From assembly GCA_045598785.1 (NCBI GenBank), contig JAZLMR010000035.1:2091-66090 (forward strand): 64,000 nucleotides of DNA, written 5' to 3'. The stretch's first letter is position 1, and each line of letters begins with the position of its first letter. This document shows, one piece after another, positions 27,038-35,700 of the stretch. Source of the DNA: Kiritimatiellia bacterium (GTDB lineage: Bacteria > Verrucomicrobiota > Kiritimatiellia > RFP12 > UBA1067). The translations under genes and the position numbers were made by a program. The notes below the pieces were generated by a model that made no database searches, had not been told where the DNA came from, and saw only the letters and a list, made by a program, of their open reading frames with translations.

Positions 27038-28635
27038 TTGAGTTTCATCTCCACGGTAAATTGTTCCAACTGACCGTCAGCGCCCACCGAACTCATGTCG
27101 GCGATTTTCACCGACTGCCCGTCCAGCACCGTCTGCCGCTTGAGCTTGTCGACCACGGTTTCGCTGACCGTCTTGCCGGTCGAGACCTTGACCCGATCCT
27201 TCCAGTAGCGAATCGTCACCTTGGTCGCATCGCACTTGTCGATCCACATGCCGGGCAACAGCGAGCTGCGGACGGCATTGAGGCGCTGCACCGCCAGCGC
27301 GCGGCTGTTCATAAGCTGCCGCACCTTCTCGGCCGCCGCCGTCGCCTCGGCCTCCGCCTCCTGCGCGGCCTTGACCTCGCGATCGAACTTGGAGAGCGAA
27401 TCGAGCTTGACCTGCACTGCATCGCGCTCGGCGACAATGAGTTCGGTGTCGTAGCCGATGCTCAGCATCGCCAGCACCAGCGCCCCGGCGATCAGCACTC
27501 CGCCGGCCGCCACAAACGGAATCTTGGCCTTTTCCGCGCGGGCCTCCACCAACCGCGGCGGCAACAAGTTGACATTGAAGAAAGAAGTGCCGGCCGCATG
27601 CGCCGCCAGGCCGACGGTCGCCGCAATAAGCGCGCCATCGGCCTCCAGCGCCGAAGCCTCGACCTTGGACCCGACCTTGATGGCTTCAAACGGATTGAAA
27701 TACTGCACCGGAATCTGCAGCGCTTCCGAGAAGAAGACGTCCAGTTGCGGCAACAGCGCCGAACCGCCGGTCAAATACAGGACGTCCGGCGCCCGCCCGC
27801 CTTGCTGCGAACGGTAGAAATTGATCGAACGCGAGACCTCGGCATTGAGCCGCGTCATCACCGCGCGGCAAACCTTGGCAATCCGGTCGGCGGTCTCGTC
27901 GTCGTCTTCGGTAACGCCGCCCAGCGAAACATAACCCTTCTCGCGCTTGAGCTGCTCGGCTTCCGCCGGCGAACAGCCGAGGGCGTTGGCGATTTCCTTG
28001 GTGATCGTATTGCCGGCGACGGGAATCGAACGGTTGTAGAGCCGGTCCTGCTCGCTGATGATCAGCGAGGTGGTCTTGGCCCCGATGTCCAGGAGCACCA
28101 CGCAGGCGCCGTCGTTCGGCAGATTCAGCTTCGCCGCGTTGACGAGCGCGATCGGCGCCGCATCCACGACCTCGGGGGTAAAGCCCGCCGCCTGCACCGC
28201 CGAGGTGAGCGCCTCGATCTGGTCGATCTTGGCCGCCACGATCATCACCGACTTGTCGCCGGCGGCCGTGTCGCCGACAATCTGACGGTCGCAGACCATC
28301 TCGTCGATGGGGAACGGGATGTTCTGCTCGATCTCATAGCGGATCAGCTGCTCGAAGCGCTCTTCGCCGCCGGTCGCCGGAATCGCCGCAAACCGCGGAA
28401 AGACCATCTGCCCGGAAACGGACATCGCCACCTTGCCCGGCTTGATCCCCTTCTCCCGCACGATCTCCAGGAGCGCGGGCGAAAGGATCGTCTCCGCATT
28501 GCCGGCGTCAATCGGCGCCGCCAGCTGGGCCGTTCCGTAGTTGAGCAGCGTCAACGCGCCCTTCGCACCCACATCATACTCGGCGAGTTCCACCGTCGCC
28601 GCGCCGATGTTCAACGTTAGGAATTTCTTAGCCAT
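27034..28635 (-). CDS. Type IV pilus assembly PilM-PilN fusion protein (actin-like ATPase fold, TM helix, coiled-coil/periplasmic domain)
   Basis: 533 aa. The N-terminal ~350 aa is a PilM/FtsA-like actin-fold ATPase. A TM segment follows (IPFVAAGGVLIAGALVLAMLSIGY), then a PilN-like coiled coil and beta domain. Strong SD GAGGAG 5 nt upstream of the ATG. Corresponds to the FtsA-annotated Amuc_1101 position. Confidence 0.75.
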   Translation of the reverse strand: MAKKFLTLNIGAATVELAEYDVGAKGALTLLNYGTAQLAAPIDAGNAETILSPALLEIVREKGIKPGKVAMSVSGQMVFPRFAAIPATGGEERFEQLIRYEIEQNIPFPIDEMVCDRQIVGDTAAGDKSVMIVAAKIDQIEALTSAVQAAGFTPEVVDAAPIALVNAAKLNLPNDGACVVLLDIGAKTTSLIISEQDRLYNRSIPVAGNTITKEIANALGCSPAEAEQLKREKGYVSLGGVTEDDDETADRIAKVCRAVMTRLNAEVSRSINFYRSQQGGRAPDVLYLTGGSALLPQLDVFFSEALQIPVQYFNPFEAIKVGSKVEASALEADGALIAATVGLAAHAAGTSFFNVNLLPPRLVEARAEKAKIPFVAAGGVLIAGALVLAMLSIGYDTELIVAERDAVQVKLDSLSKFDREVKAAQEAEAEATAAAEKVRQLMNSRALAVQRLNAVRSSLLPGMWIDKCDATKVTIRYWKDRVKVSTGKTVSETVVDKLKRQTVLDGQSVKIADMSSVGADGQLEQFTVEMKLK

Positions 28636-28693
28636 ATTCTCCTCGCATTAAGCACTAGGCGCCCGGCACTGCGCACCCGGCACCCGGCACTTC

Positions 28694-29407
28694 TTACTGC
28701 ATCGTCGTTTCGTAATCGTTCGGATTCACCAGCGCCCAAATCGTCTTCGAGCGGTCCATCAGGCCCTGACGGCGCTCGATCAAGGGCTTGCCGTTCGCGC
28801 CCATCTTGTTCATGACTCCGTCCTGATCTTCCCAGAACTTCGAATCATTGGCAATGCCCTTGATTTCGCTGACCGTGCCGCCGCCCAGTTCGTCGCCGTT
28901 CTGGTTGGTAATGGTAAAGCCAATCGCCCGCGCCTCGCCGTAAAGCTCAAGATAGGACGGCGGCAGGCACACGCAAGCCGCATGCGACCCCTGCGGAATG
29001 TTGTAATAGGAGACCGAAGTGTTGAAATAGCTGTACTGGGAATCCAGCCCGAGCTTGTTGCCCTTGTTCTCCTTCGCCGACTTCGCATCCAGGACGACAT
29101 GCCAGTTGAAGGTGAGCTGGTCGAGGAACTTGGCGTAAGTCGTGTACTTCGTCTCGATCACGATCCACTTGCGCGGCTTGGTGTAGCACTGGCCGATCAT
29201 CGAAGCCCCCGGCACCGCCGGCGCCGCCAGCGTCGACTGCTGGCCCGTCTTGGGCATCTGATCGATCAGGATCTTCGCCTCCTTGCCCGTAGTCTGAACC
29301 TCGTCCGCGCCCGCCATCGCCTTGACATTCTTGTTCTTGCCCTTCGGGGCCGCCGCGAAAGTCGTCGCCGCCAGCACCACCGTCATCGCCATCATCAGCT
29401 GCTTCAT
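28694..29407 (-). CDS. Secreted pilus-cluster protein (Amuc_1102 position; pilin-like/unknown)
   Basis: 237 aa with a signal peptide (MKQLMMAMTVVLAATTFAA) and no other recognisable motifs. Size and position match Akkermansia Amuc_1102. AAAGGAAC SD-like motif 6 nt upstream of the ATG. Confidence 0.55.
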   Translation of the reverse strand: MKQLMMAMTVVLAATTFAAAPKGKNKNVKAMAGADEVQTTGKEAKILIDQMPKTGQQSTLAAPAVPGASMIGQCYTKPRKWIVIETKYTTYAKFLDQLTFNWHVVLDAKSAKENKGNKLGLDSQYSYFNTSVSYYNIPQGSHAACVCLPPSYLELYGEARAIGFTITNQNGDELGGGTVSEIKGIANDSKFWEDQDGVMNKMGANGKPLIERRQGLMDRSKTIWALVNPNDYETTMQ

Positions 29408-29462
29408 GTTTTCGTTCCTTTCTGGTTAAGAGTTTTCAAGTTGTTCGAGTCGCTCCAGACTT

Positions 29463-30467
29463 TCACAATACTTTCATCTTGGGCAAATCCTGCAAATCGA
29501 CGATCCCCACCACCTTGCCCTTGCGGTCGCAAACGGGCAAGTCGTCAATCCGCTTGCGCTCAAACACCTTCAGGAGCTCCGCCGCGTAGACGTCGGAGTA
29601 GACGAAGGAGGGCTTCGCCGTCATGTAACGGGAAATGGGCGATTCCAGAACGTCTTCCCGCTTCCCGCTTCCCGCTTCCCTTTCCGCCGCCACCAGGCGA
29701 CGGAAGTCCCCGTCAGTAAAGATTCCCTTCAACTTGCCGGCCCGGTCCACGACAATGGCGCTGCCGCCATGCGAATTAGTCATCGCCAGCGCCGCATCCA
29801 TCACCGTCGCCGTCGGCTTGACGAGCGCGAGGGCGTCACCCGTGCGCATGATGTCGGACACCTTCAGGATGAGCGCCCGGCCAATCGCCCCCGCCGGATG
29901 ATTGCCCGCATAATCGGCGAGCGAAAACTTCCGCGCGTCGATCATCACCATCGCGAGCGCATCGCCCATCGCCATCGTCGCCGTCGCGGAATTGGTCGGC
30001 GCCATGCCGAAGGGGCAGGCTTCCTGGCCGCACGGGATTTCAATATGGATGTCGGAGAGCTTTGCCAGTGTCGAACCGGGATTGCCCGTCAGCGAGATCA
30101 CCTTGAGCCCGTGCCGCCGGATCGCGGGAATGAGCCGCAGCACCTCGTCGGACTCGCCGCTGAAGCTCAGCGCCACCAGAATGTCGTTCGCGGAGACCAT
30201 CCCCAGGTCGCCGTGCATCGCCTGGACCGGATTGAGCACGATCGAGCGCGTGCCGGTCGAAGCGAAAATGGCGCTCATCTTTTCCGCAATGTGCAGGTTC
30301 TTGCCGACGCCGGTAACGACCACCAGGCCGCCGCGCTGGGTTGCCGCCAGCATCAGCTGCACTGCCGCGACGAAACTCTCCCCGATCGAGCCGCGGGTTC
30401 GCTTCAGACCCTCGATCTCAATCGCGAAGACTTCCTTCGCCCGTTTGATCTGTCGTTCCTTCGTCAT
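29463..30467 (-). CDS. kdsD: Arabinose-5-phosphate isomerase (KpsF/GutQ family; SIS domain plus tandem CBS)
   Basis: 334 aa. SIS-domain phosphosugar-binding signature VVTGVGKNLHIAEKMSAIFASTGTRS and a C-terminal CBS pair. Confidence 0.85.
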   Translation of the reverse strand: MTKERQIKRAKEVFAIEIEGLKRTRGSIGESFVAAVQLMLAATQRGGLVVVTGVGKNLHIAEKMSAIFASTGTRSIVLNPVQAMHGDLGMVSANDILVALSFSGESDEVLRLIPAIRRHGLKVISLTGNPGSTLAKLSDIHIEIPCGQEACPFGMAPTNSATATMAMGDALAMVMIDARKFSLADYAGNHPAGAIGRALILKVSDIMRTGDALALVKPTATVMDAALAMTNSHGGSAIVVDRAGKLKGIFTDGDFRRLVAAEREAGSGKREDVLESPISRYMTAKPSFVYSDVYAAELLKVFERKRIDDLPVCDRKGKVVGIVDLQDLPKMKVL

Positions 30468-30477
30468 CCTTACCGAT

Positions 30478-31515
30478 TCACTTCGTCTGGCTCTGCAGCA
30501 TCGTCACCGCCACGGTCGCGACGATGTCGTCGGCCGAGCAGCCGCGCGACAAGTCGTTCATCGCCTTGGCGAGCCCCTGCAGATTCGGACCGATCGCTTC
30601 CGCACCGCCGAGACGCTGCGCCACCTTATACGCGATGTTGCCCGCCTGCAGGTCCGGAAAGATGAAGACGTTCGCATTGCCCTGAATCTCGCCGTTCGGG
30701 TTCTTCTGCTTGCCGACCGACGGCACGATCGCCGCATCGAACTGCAGCTCCCCGTCCATCTTGATGCCCGCCTCGGCGAACTTCGGCTTGGCCAGCGCCA
30801 CCGCCTGCTGCACCTTCTCGACGAGGTCGCCCGCCGCCGAGCCCTTGGTGGAAAAACTGAGATACGCGACTCGCGGCTCGTTGCCGGTGAGGTCGCGGTA
30901 GCTCTGCGCCGTCGCGAGCCCGATGTCGACGAGCTGCTCCGCCGTCGGGTTGGGAATGACGCCGCAGTCGCCGAACGCGAGGACACCGTCGCCCGCTTCC
31001 GTCGGGGTCTTCAAGTCGATGATGAAGCACGAGCTCGCCGTCTTCACGCCCTTCTGGGTGCCGAGCGTATGGAACGCCGCGCGGAGCATGTCGCCCGTCG
31101 AGGCGATCGAACCGGCGACGAGGCCCTGCACGCGGCCGAGCTTGACCATCATGCCGCCGAAATAGATGCGCTTCGTGCGAAGCGTCTGCTCGGCGCCCGC
31201 GAGATCGATGAGCTTCTGCTTCTCCGCCGGCTTCTTCGCCTCCTTCGCGTTCCACGCCTCCAGATAGGCGTTTTCAAGCTCCGCGTCACCGGCCGTGTAG
31301 TCGATCGCCTGAATGCCGAAATCGGCAAGACGCTTGCCGGCCTTCGCCTCCGCCGCGGCAATTTCCGCCGCCGTACCCAAAACTACCGGAGTTGCGAGCT
31401 TCCGTTCGACGCACGCGCACGCGGCGGTAATGACGCGCGGATCCTGCCCTTCGGGAAGGACGACCGTGCCGTTAAGTTTCGAAGCCCGCTCAATGATGTT
31501 CTTAATTGCGTTCAT
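30478..31515 (-). CDS. pta: Phosphate acetyltransferase (short-form Pta; phosphate butyryltransferase not excluded)
   Basis: 345 aa phosphate acyltransferase family, directly downstream of acetate kinase. A heptamer-repeat element lies between the two genes. Confidence 0.8.
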   Translation of the reverse strand: MNAIKNIIERASKLNGTVVLPEGQDPRVITAACACVERKLATPVVLGTAAEIAAAEAKAGKRLADFGIQAIDYTAGDAELENAYLEAWNAKEAKKPAEKQKLIDLAGAEQTLRTKRIYFGGMMVKLGRVQGLVAGSIASTGDMLRAAFHTLGTQKGVKTASSCFIIDLKTPTEAGDGVLAFGDCGVIPNPTAEQLVDIGLATAQSYRDLTGNEPRVAYLSFSTKGSAAGDLVEKVQQAVALAKPKFAEAGIKMDGELQFDAAIVPSVGKQKNPNGEIQGNANVFIFPDLQAGNIAYKVAQRLGGAEAIGPNLQGLAKAMNDLSRGCSADDIVATVAVTMLQSQTK

Positions 31516-31525
31516 TTTTGTTTAA

Positions 31526-31616
31526 GTATGAAGTGTGAAGTATGAAGTATGAAGTATGAGTGAAGGAATTTATCGTTCATAGTTCATAGTTCATAGTTCA
31601 TCGTTCATAGTTCATA
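31526..31616. repeat. Two mutually inverted tandem heptamer arrays, 5x GTATGAA and 6x GTTCATA, separated by a 14-nt spacer, in the ackA-pta intergenic region
   Basis: Read directly: 31526-31560 gtatgaa gtgtgaa gtatgaa gtatgaa gtatgag; 31575-31616 gttcata gttcata gttcata gttcatc gttcata gttcata. The TATGAA/TTCATA cores are reverse complements. The last unit overlaps the ackA stop codon. Confidence 0.9.
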
Positions 31617-32763
31617 GTTTCTCCAACACTCTCACCGTGTCCCGCGCGATCATCAGTTCCTCGTTGGTCGGGATCACGATCACCGGAATCTTGGAGCCCT
31701 TCGCCGAAATCACCGCCGTTTCGCCGCGCTTCTGATTGGCCTTGGCGTCAAGCTTGATGCCCAGCGCCCCGAGCCGACCGAGAATGCGCTGGCGAACTTC
31801 GCTGGAATTCTCGCCAATGCCGCCAGTCATGATGATCGCATCCGCGCCGCCGACAATCGTATTGTAGGCGCCGATGTAGAAGGCGACGCGATACGCCAGC
31901 ATCTCCAGCGCCAGTTCCGCGCCGCGGTCGCCCTTCGCCGCCTTGGCGCAGAGGTCGCGGCAGTCGCCGCCCGGCACGCCGCCGACCGCCTGCAGGCCCG
32001 ACTGCTTATTCAGGAGCTTGTCCATTTCCGCGGGACCAAGCTTCTCGCTTTCCATCAGCGACAGCACCGCCGCCGCGTCGATGTCGCCGCAACGAGTGCC
32101 CATTATGAGCCCCGCCAGCGGCGTGAGGCCCATGGAGGTGTCCACCACGCCGCCGTTCTTGATCGCCGCCAGCGACGAACCGTTGCCGAGGTGGCAGGTG
32201 ACGAGATTGACCTTCGCCAGCGGCTTCTTGAGGAACTTGGCCGCCGCCTGGGTGATGAACTTGTGCGAAGTGCCGTGGAAGCCGTACTTGCGAATGCCGT
32301 ACTTTTTGTAGAACTTCGGATCGATCGCATACATGCCGGCGCAATCGGGCATCGTCGCGATATGGAAGGCGGTGTCGAAGACGCCGACGTTCGGCACACC
32401 CTTGAAGATCTTCTCGCACGCCTCGACGCCGCCCAGATTGGCCGGCATGTGCAGCGGGCCGAACTTGACGAGCTTCTTGGCCTTAGCGAGATTGGCCTTG
32501 TTCATGAGCGCGGAATCGCGAAAGACTTCACCGCCGTGCAGGATCCGGTGGCCAATCGCGTCAATGCCCTTCGCCGCGTCGCCAAGATCGGCGACCACCT
32601 GCCGGAGCGCCTCGGCGTGGTTGGCGGGGCCGCCGGCGCCGATGCGCTCGACGAGCCCCTTGGCGAGCCGCTGCTCCCGCTGCATGTCAAAGAGCTGATA
32701 CTTGAGCGAACTGGAGCCGGAGTTGACTACGAGAACCTTGCGAATAACCTTTTTCATTTGCAT
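31612..32763 (-). CDS. ackA: Acetate kinase
   Basis: 383 aa. N-terminal VLVVNSGSSSLKYQLFDM is the acetate/propionate kinase signature. Confidence 0.9.
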   Translation of the reverse strand: MQMKKVIRKVLVVNSGSSSLKYQLFDMQREQRLAKGLVERIGAGGPANHAEALRQVVADLGDAAKGIDAIGHRILHGGEVFRDSALMNKANLAKAKKLVKFGPLHMPANLGGVEACEKIFKGVPNVGVFDTAFHIATMPDCAGMYAIDPKFYKKYGIRKYGFHGTSHKFITQAAAKFLKKPLAKVNLVTCHLGNGSSLAAIKNGGVVDTSMGLTPLAGLIMGTRCGDIDAAAVLSLMESEKLGPAEMDKLLNKQSGLQAVGGVPGGDCRDLCAKAAKGDRGAELALEMLAYRVAFYIGAYNTIVGGADAIIMTGGIGENSSEVRQRILGRLGALGIKLDAKANQKRGETAVISAKGSKIPVIVIPTNEELMIARDTVRVLEKL

Positions 32764-32778
32764 TTGGACGATTGTGAT

Positions 32779-35700
32779 TTACTTGTAAAGCGAGACGCGG
32801 AAGAAGCCGGCATCGCCCTCGACCCCGCGAACGGGAACCTTGGAGGCGCCGGCACCGACGGTGATGGTCTGGGTTTCGCCGACCTTGATCCAATTGACAT
32901 CCGCAAGGCTGGCCTTCCAGTAGACGTCGCACTTGACCGTCATCGTCTTGCTGACGATCGCCTGGGCGAGCACGCTGTCGTTGCGAGCCGGCTCCGTCTG
33001 AGCTTCAACCTCAATCACGACATCGCCGTTCTCGTCAAACGCGAGCGAACTGATGATGACGCCGTCTTCGACCAGTTCGTTGCTGACCGCCGCCGAAATC
33101 GCCGCCGCGAAGGTGTCGTAAGCCGAGACGTCGCTGCCCAGCGCCAACGCCATCGCGCCGGCATTGCTCAGGGTGAACATCGCCTGCGCCGCGAGCCCGC
33201 CGTTGATGTCCTGGGCGCCGATTCCAAGCTCCTGCATCAAGTTCTCGGTCAACACGTCGCTGATGGCGAACTCCCCGGCCGCCGAGAGGTTGAGCTCCTC
33301 GACGCCCTTGGTCGTGAGGTTGCCGTACATGGCAAATTCCCAGGCATCCGGCAGCCCGTCGCCATCGGTATCGGCATCTTCGAGGAAGATCTCGCAGAGA
33401 TCCCCTTCGCCAACCACGTTTGCGATCTTGACCGCCACCGGGTTGAGATAGTCAGCCGTGGTGCCGTTGCGCTGACAGAAGTAGCCCATCGTCTCCCATT
33501 CGTCGCAAACGCCATTGGCATTGGAATCGATGAACGCCTGGAGATAATAGGTGCCCGGAGGCAGCCCGATGAGCGTGCAGTTGGCCGTAAGCTCCCGATT
33601 GGTAACCGCCAGGCCCGTAATCGCGTCGGCAGGCTGAGCCACATAGCCCGCCGCCACCGGCGTGCCGGTAAAGTCAGGCGAGGTATAGGCGCGGACGCGA
33701 ACCTGCTTGCTCGCGAAGCTCTCCGCCGGACCGAAGTAGCGCACCGCCACCGGCACCTTGCCGCTCGACCAGCCGTTAGTCTGCACCGCCATGCGGAACG
33801 ACGGCGCGTCGGAACTGAAGACATCGGTGCTGAACTTCGCGTTGTACATCGCGACCTTCCAGCTGTAGTTGGTGTTGTTGTCAAACACCACGCCTTCCTG
33901 CGTCTTATCGCCCACGAAGAGCGGCGCCGCCCAGACATATTCGTTCTTGCCATTGCGCGCCGGCGCCGGCAGGATGCCCGAATCGTAGACCTTGGTCTTA
34001 GCCGCATCCGTCTTCAGCACCTGAATGCGGAAAGCCGGATAGCCTTCTTCGTCGGGGCAGTCGAGCTTCCAGGTGAAGGTCGGATTGGCCGTGCGCACCA
34101 CGCCGCCGACTTCGCCCGCCGACACCGGCTCCGGCAGCACGCGATCCTTGCCAAACTTACGGGTTACGAGCGTATCCAACGCCGTCACCGTATAATTCGT
34201 CAACACGGTCGACCACCAGTCAACTCGGGCATCGCCAGTCACCACCAAATAGGTCACATTGGTGATTCCCAGCTGCTTACTCTTCACGACCGAATTGTTG
34301 ACCACCTCAGAATTGAGATATTTCCAATCCAAGTCAAGTTCACCGTTAGCGAAAATATCAGCTTCCGTCAACACCGACCGAACCGAAGTAGTGACATACT
34401 TGTCAAGCACCACTCGATTCTGAATCCCGCAATCCACCGCCGAATTGCCATCGACCAGCCACCGGACAACGCGAATATGCTGCGCCTTGTCCGAGCTTTC
34501 CAACGCCGTCGACACAATGTTCATCTTCGCCATCCAGCTCAGCGAAGAGGGCAGAATGTAAGACTGCGTCAGCCAGTCATAGTATTCAGGGCGGGAAATG
34601 CCGCGGTCGGACTCCGCATCAACAAGACTAATGCGTGGCGTTACCGGGCTCACGTCAGTCAGCTCGATTTCCGCCGAAGTGCCGCGCCAGGAGACCTCGA
34701 CATTTCGAACGACGCCATAAGGCTCCCCGGCCGAATATTCACCGTCACCGTCCAAATCGGCAAAGGCAATAATCATGTTCTTGCCTTCCCGGACATGGCC
34801 GACCGTCGCCTCGCCGAGATAAAGCTGACGCGGCAAACCGGTCAGCGGATTGGCCTTGTAGGCGATGCGGAAATACTTGTCCTCGAACGAACTCACCTCG
34901 TTCCGATTGGACACGTTGGAGCCATACCAGCCCTTGAAGACGCCCAAGTCGAGGTCAAACTCGCCGGTGGCCAGATTGATCGTGCCGAACTGAGTGCCGT
35001 CCTTGGTCACCCAAACGCCAAAGTCACTGTCGGCCTCAGCGCGAACCTCGGTGCCGACCAGTTCCGAATAAGCCGAGCTGGAAGGCAGCTTCTCGACGCC
35101 GGAGCCGTCGGCATTGGAACCCAAGACCCCGTATTTGCGAACTGCATCCTCATATTCGGCAATCGTGCCGCGATAAACCACGTATTCGCCATTGTAATGA
35201 TACTTCCAGCTGCATACCGTCGCCGACGGGCCGTCGCAGGCCTGGAGCGACATCGAGCTCGCCATCACGCTGCCCGGCGTCAGCGTGCCCACCATGTGAC
35301 GGTCAGACCACTTGCCAAGCACGCGATAGAGCTGATTGCTGCCCACGCCGACTTCCACCTTGTAGCTGGCGTCCGGCTCGGACTCCAGTTCGCCGGTCAC
35401 GAACTTGACGACCATCGGCGCCGACTCGACCGTCGACTGGCGGCGGCCGTTATAGCGGAGGGTGAGCGCAATCGTCGGCACCGGATAATCGGAAACTAGC
35501 TCGCCCGAAGCCGCCATGTGGCGCTGACGGTCGGCGATGATCGGCATGCACAGCTTCGAATAACGCACCTTGCTGCGGTTGCACCAGCCGTCGAGCTCGC
35601 GATTCGCGAAGGCATCGTAAACGAGCCGCGAGGCGAAAGTGCCCGCATACTGATCTTCCCATTCGTCATCGACCAGATCGTGATCGGTGAAGATCTCACC

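Noticed and set aside
29408-29462. Promoter (sigma70 or sigma54) for the pilus-like operon in the kdsD/Amuc_1102-like gap
   Set aside because: Only a weak TTGAAA-17-AACGAA, and no GG-N10-GC sigma54 pattern. The operon is more likely transcribed by read-through from upstream or from a promoter inside kdsD, so no feature is called.
31526-31616. CRISPR array interpretation of the heptamer repeats
   Set aside because: Units are 7 bp with no spacers and no cas genes nearby. They are tandem microsatellite-like arrays in inverted orientation, not repeat-spacer architecture.
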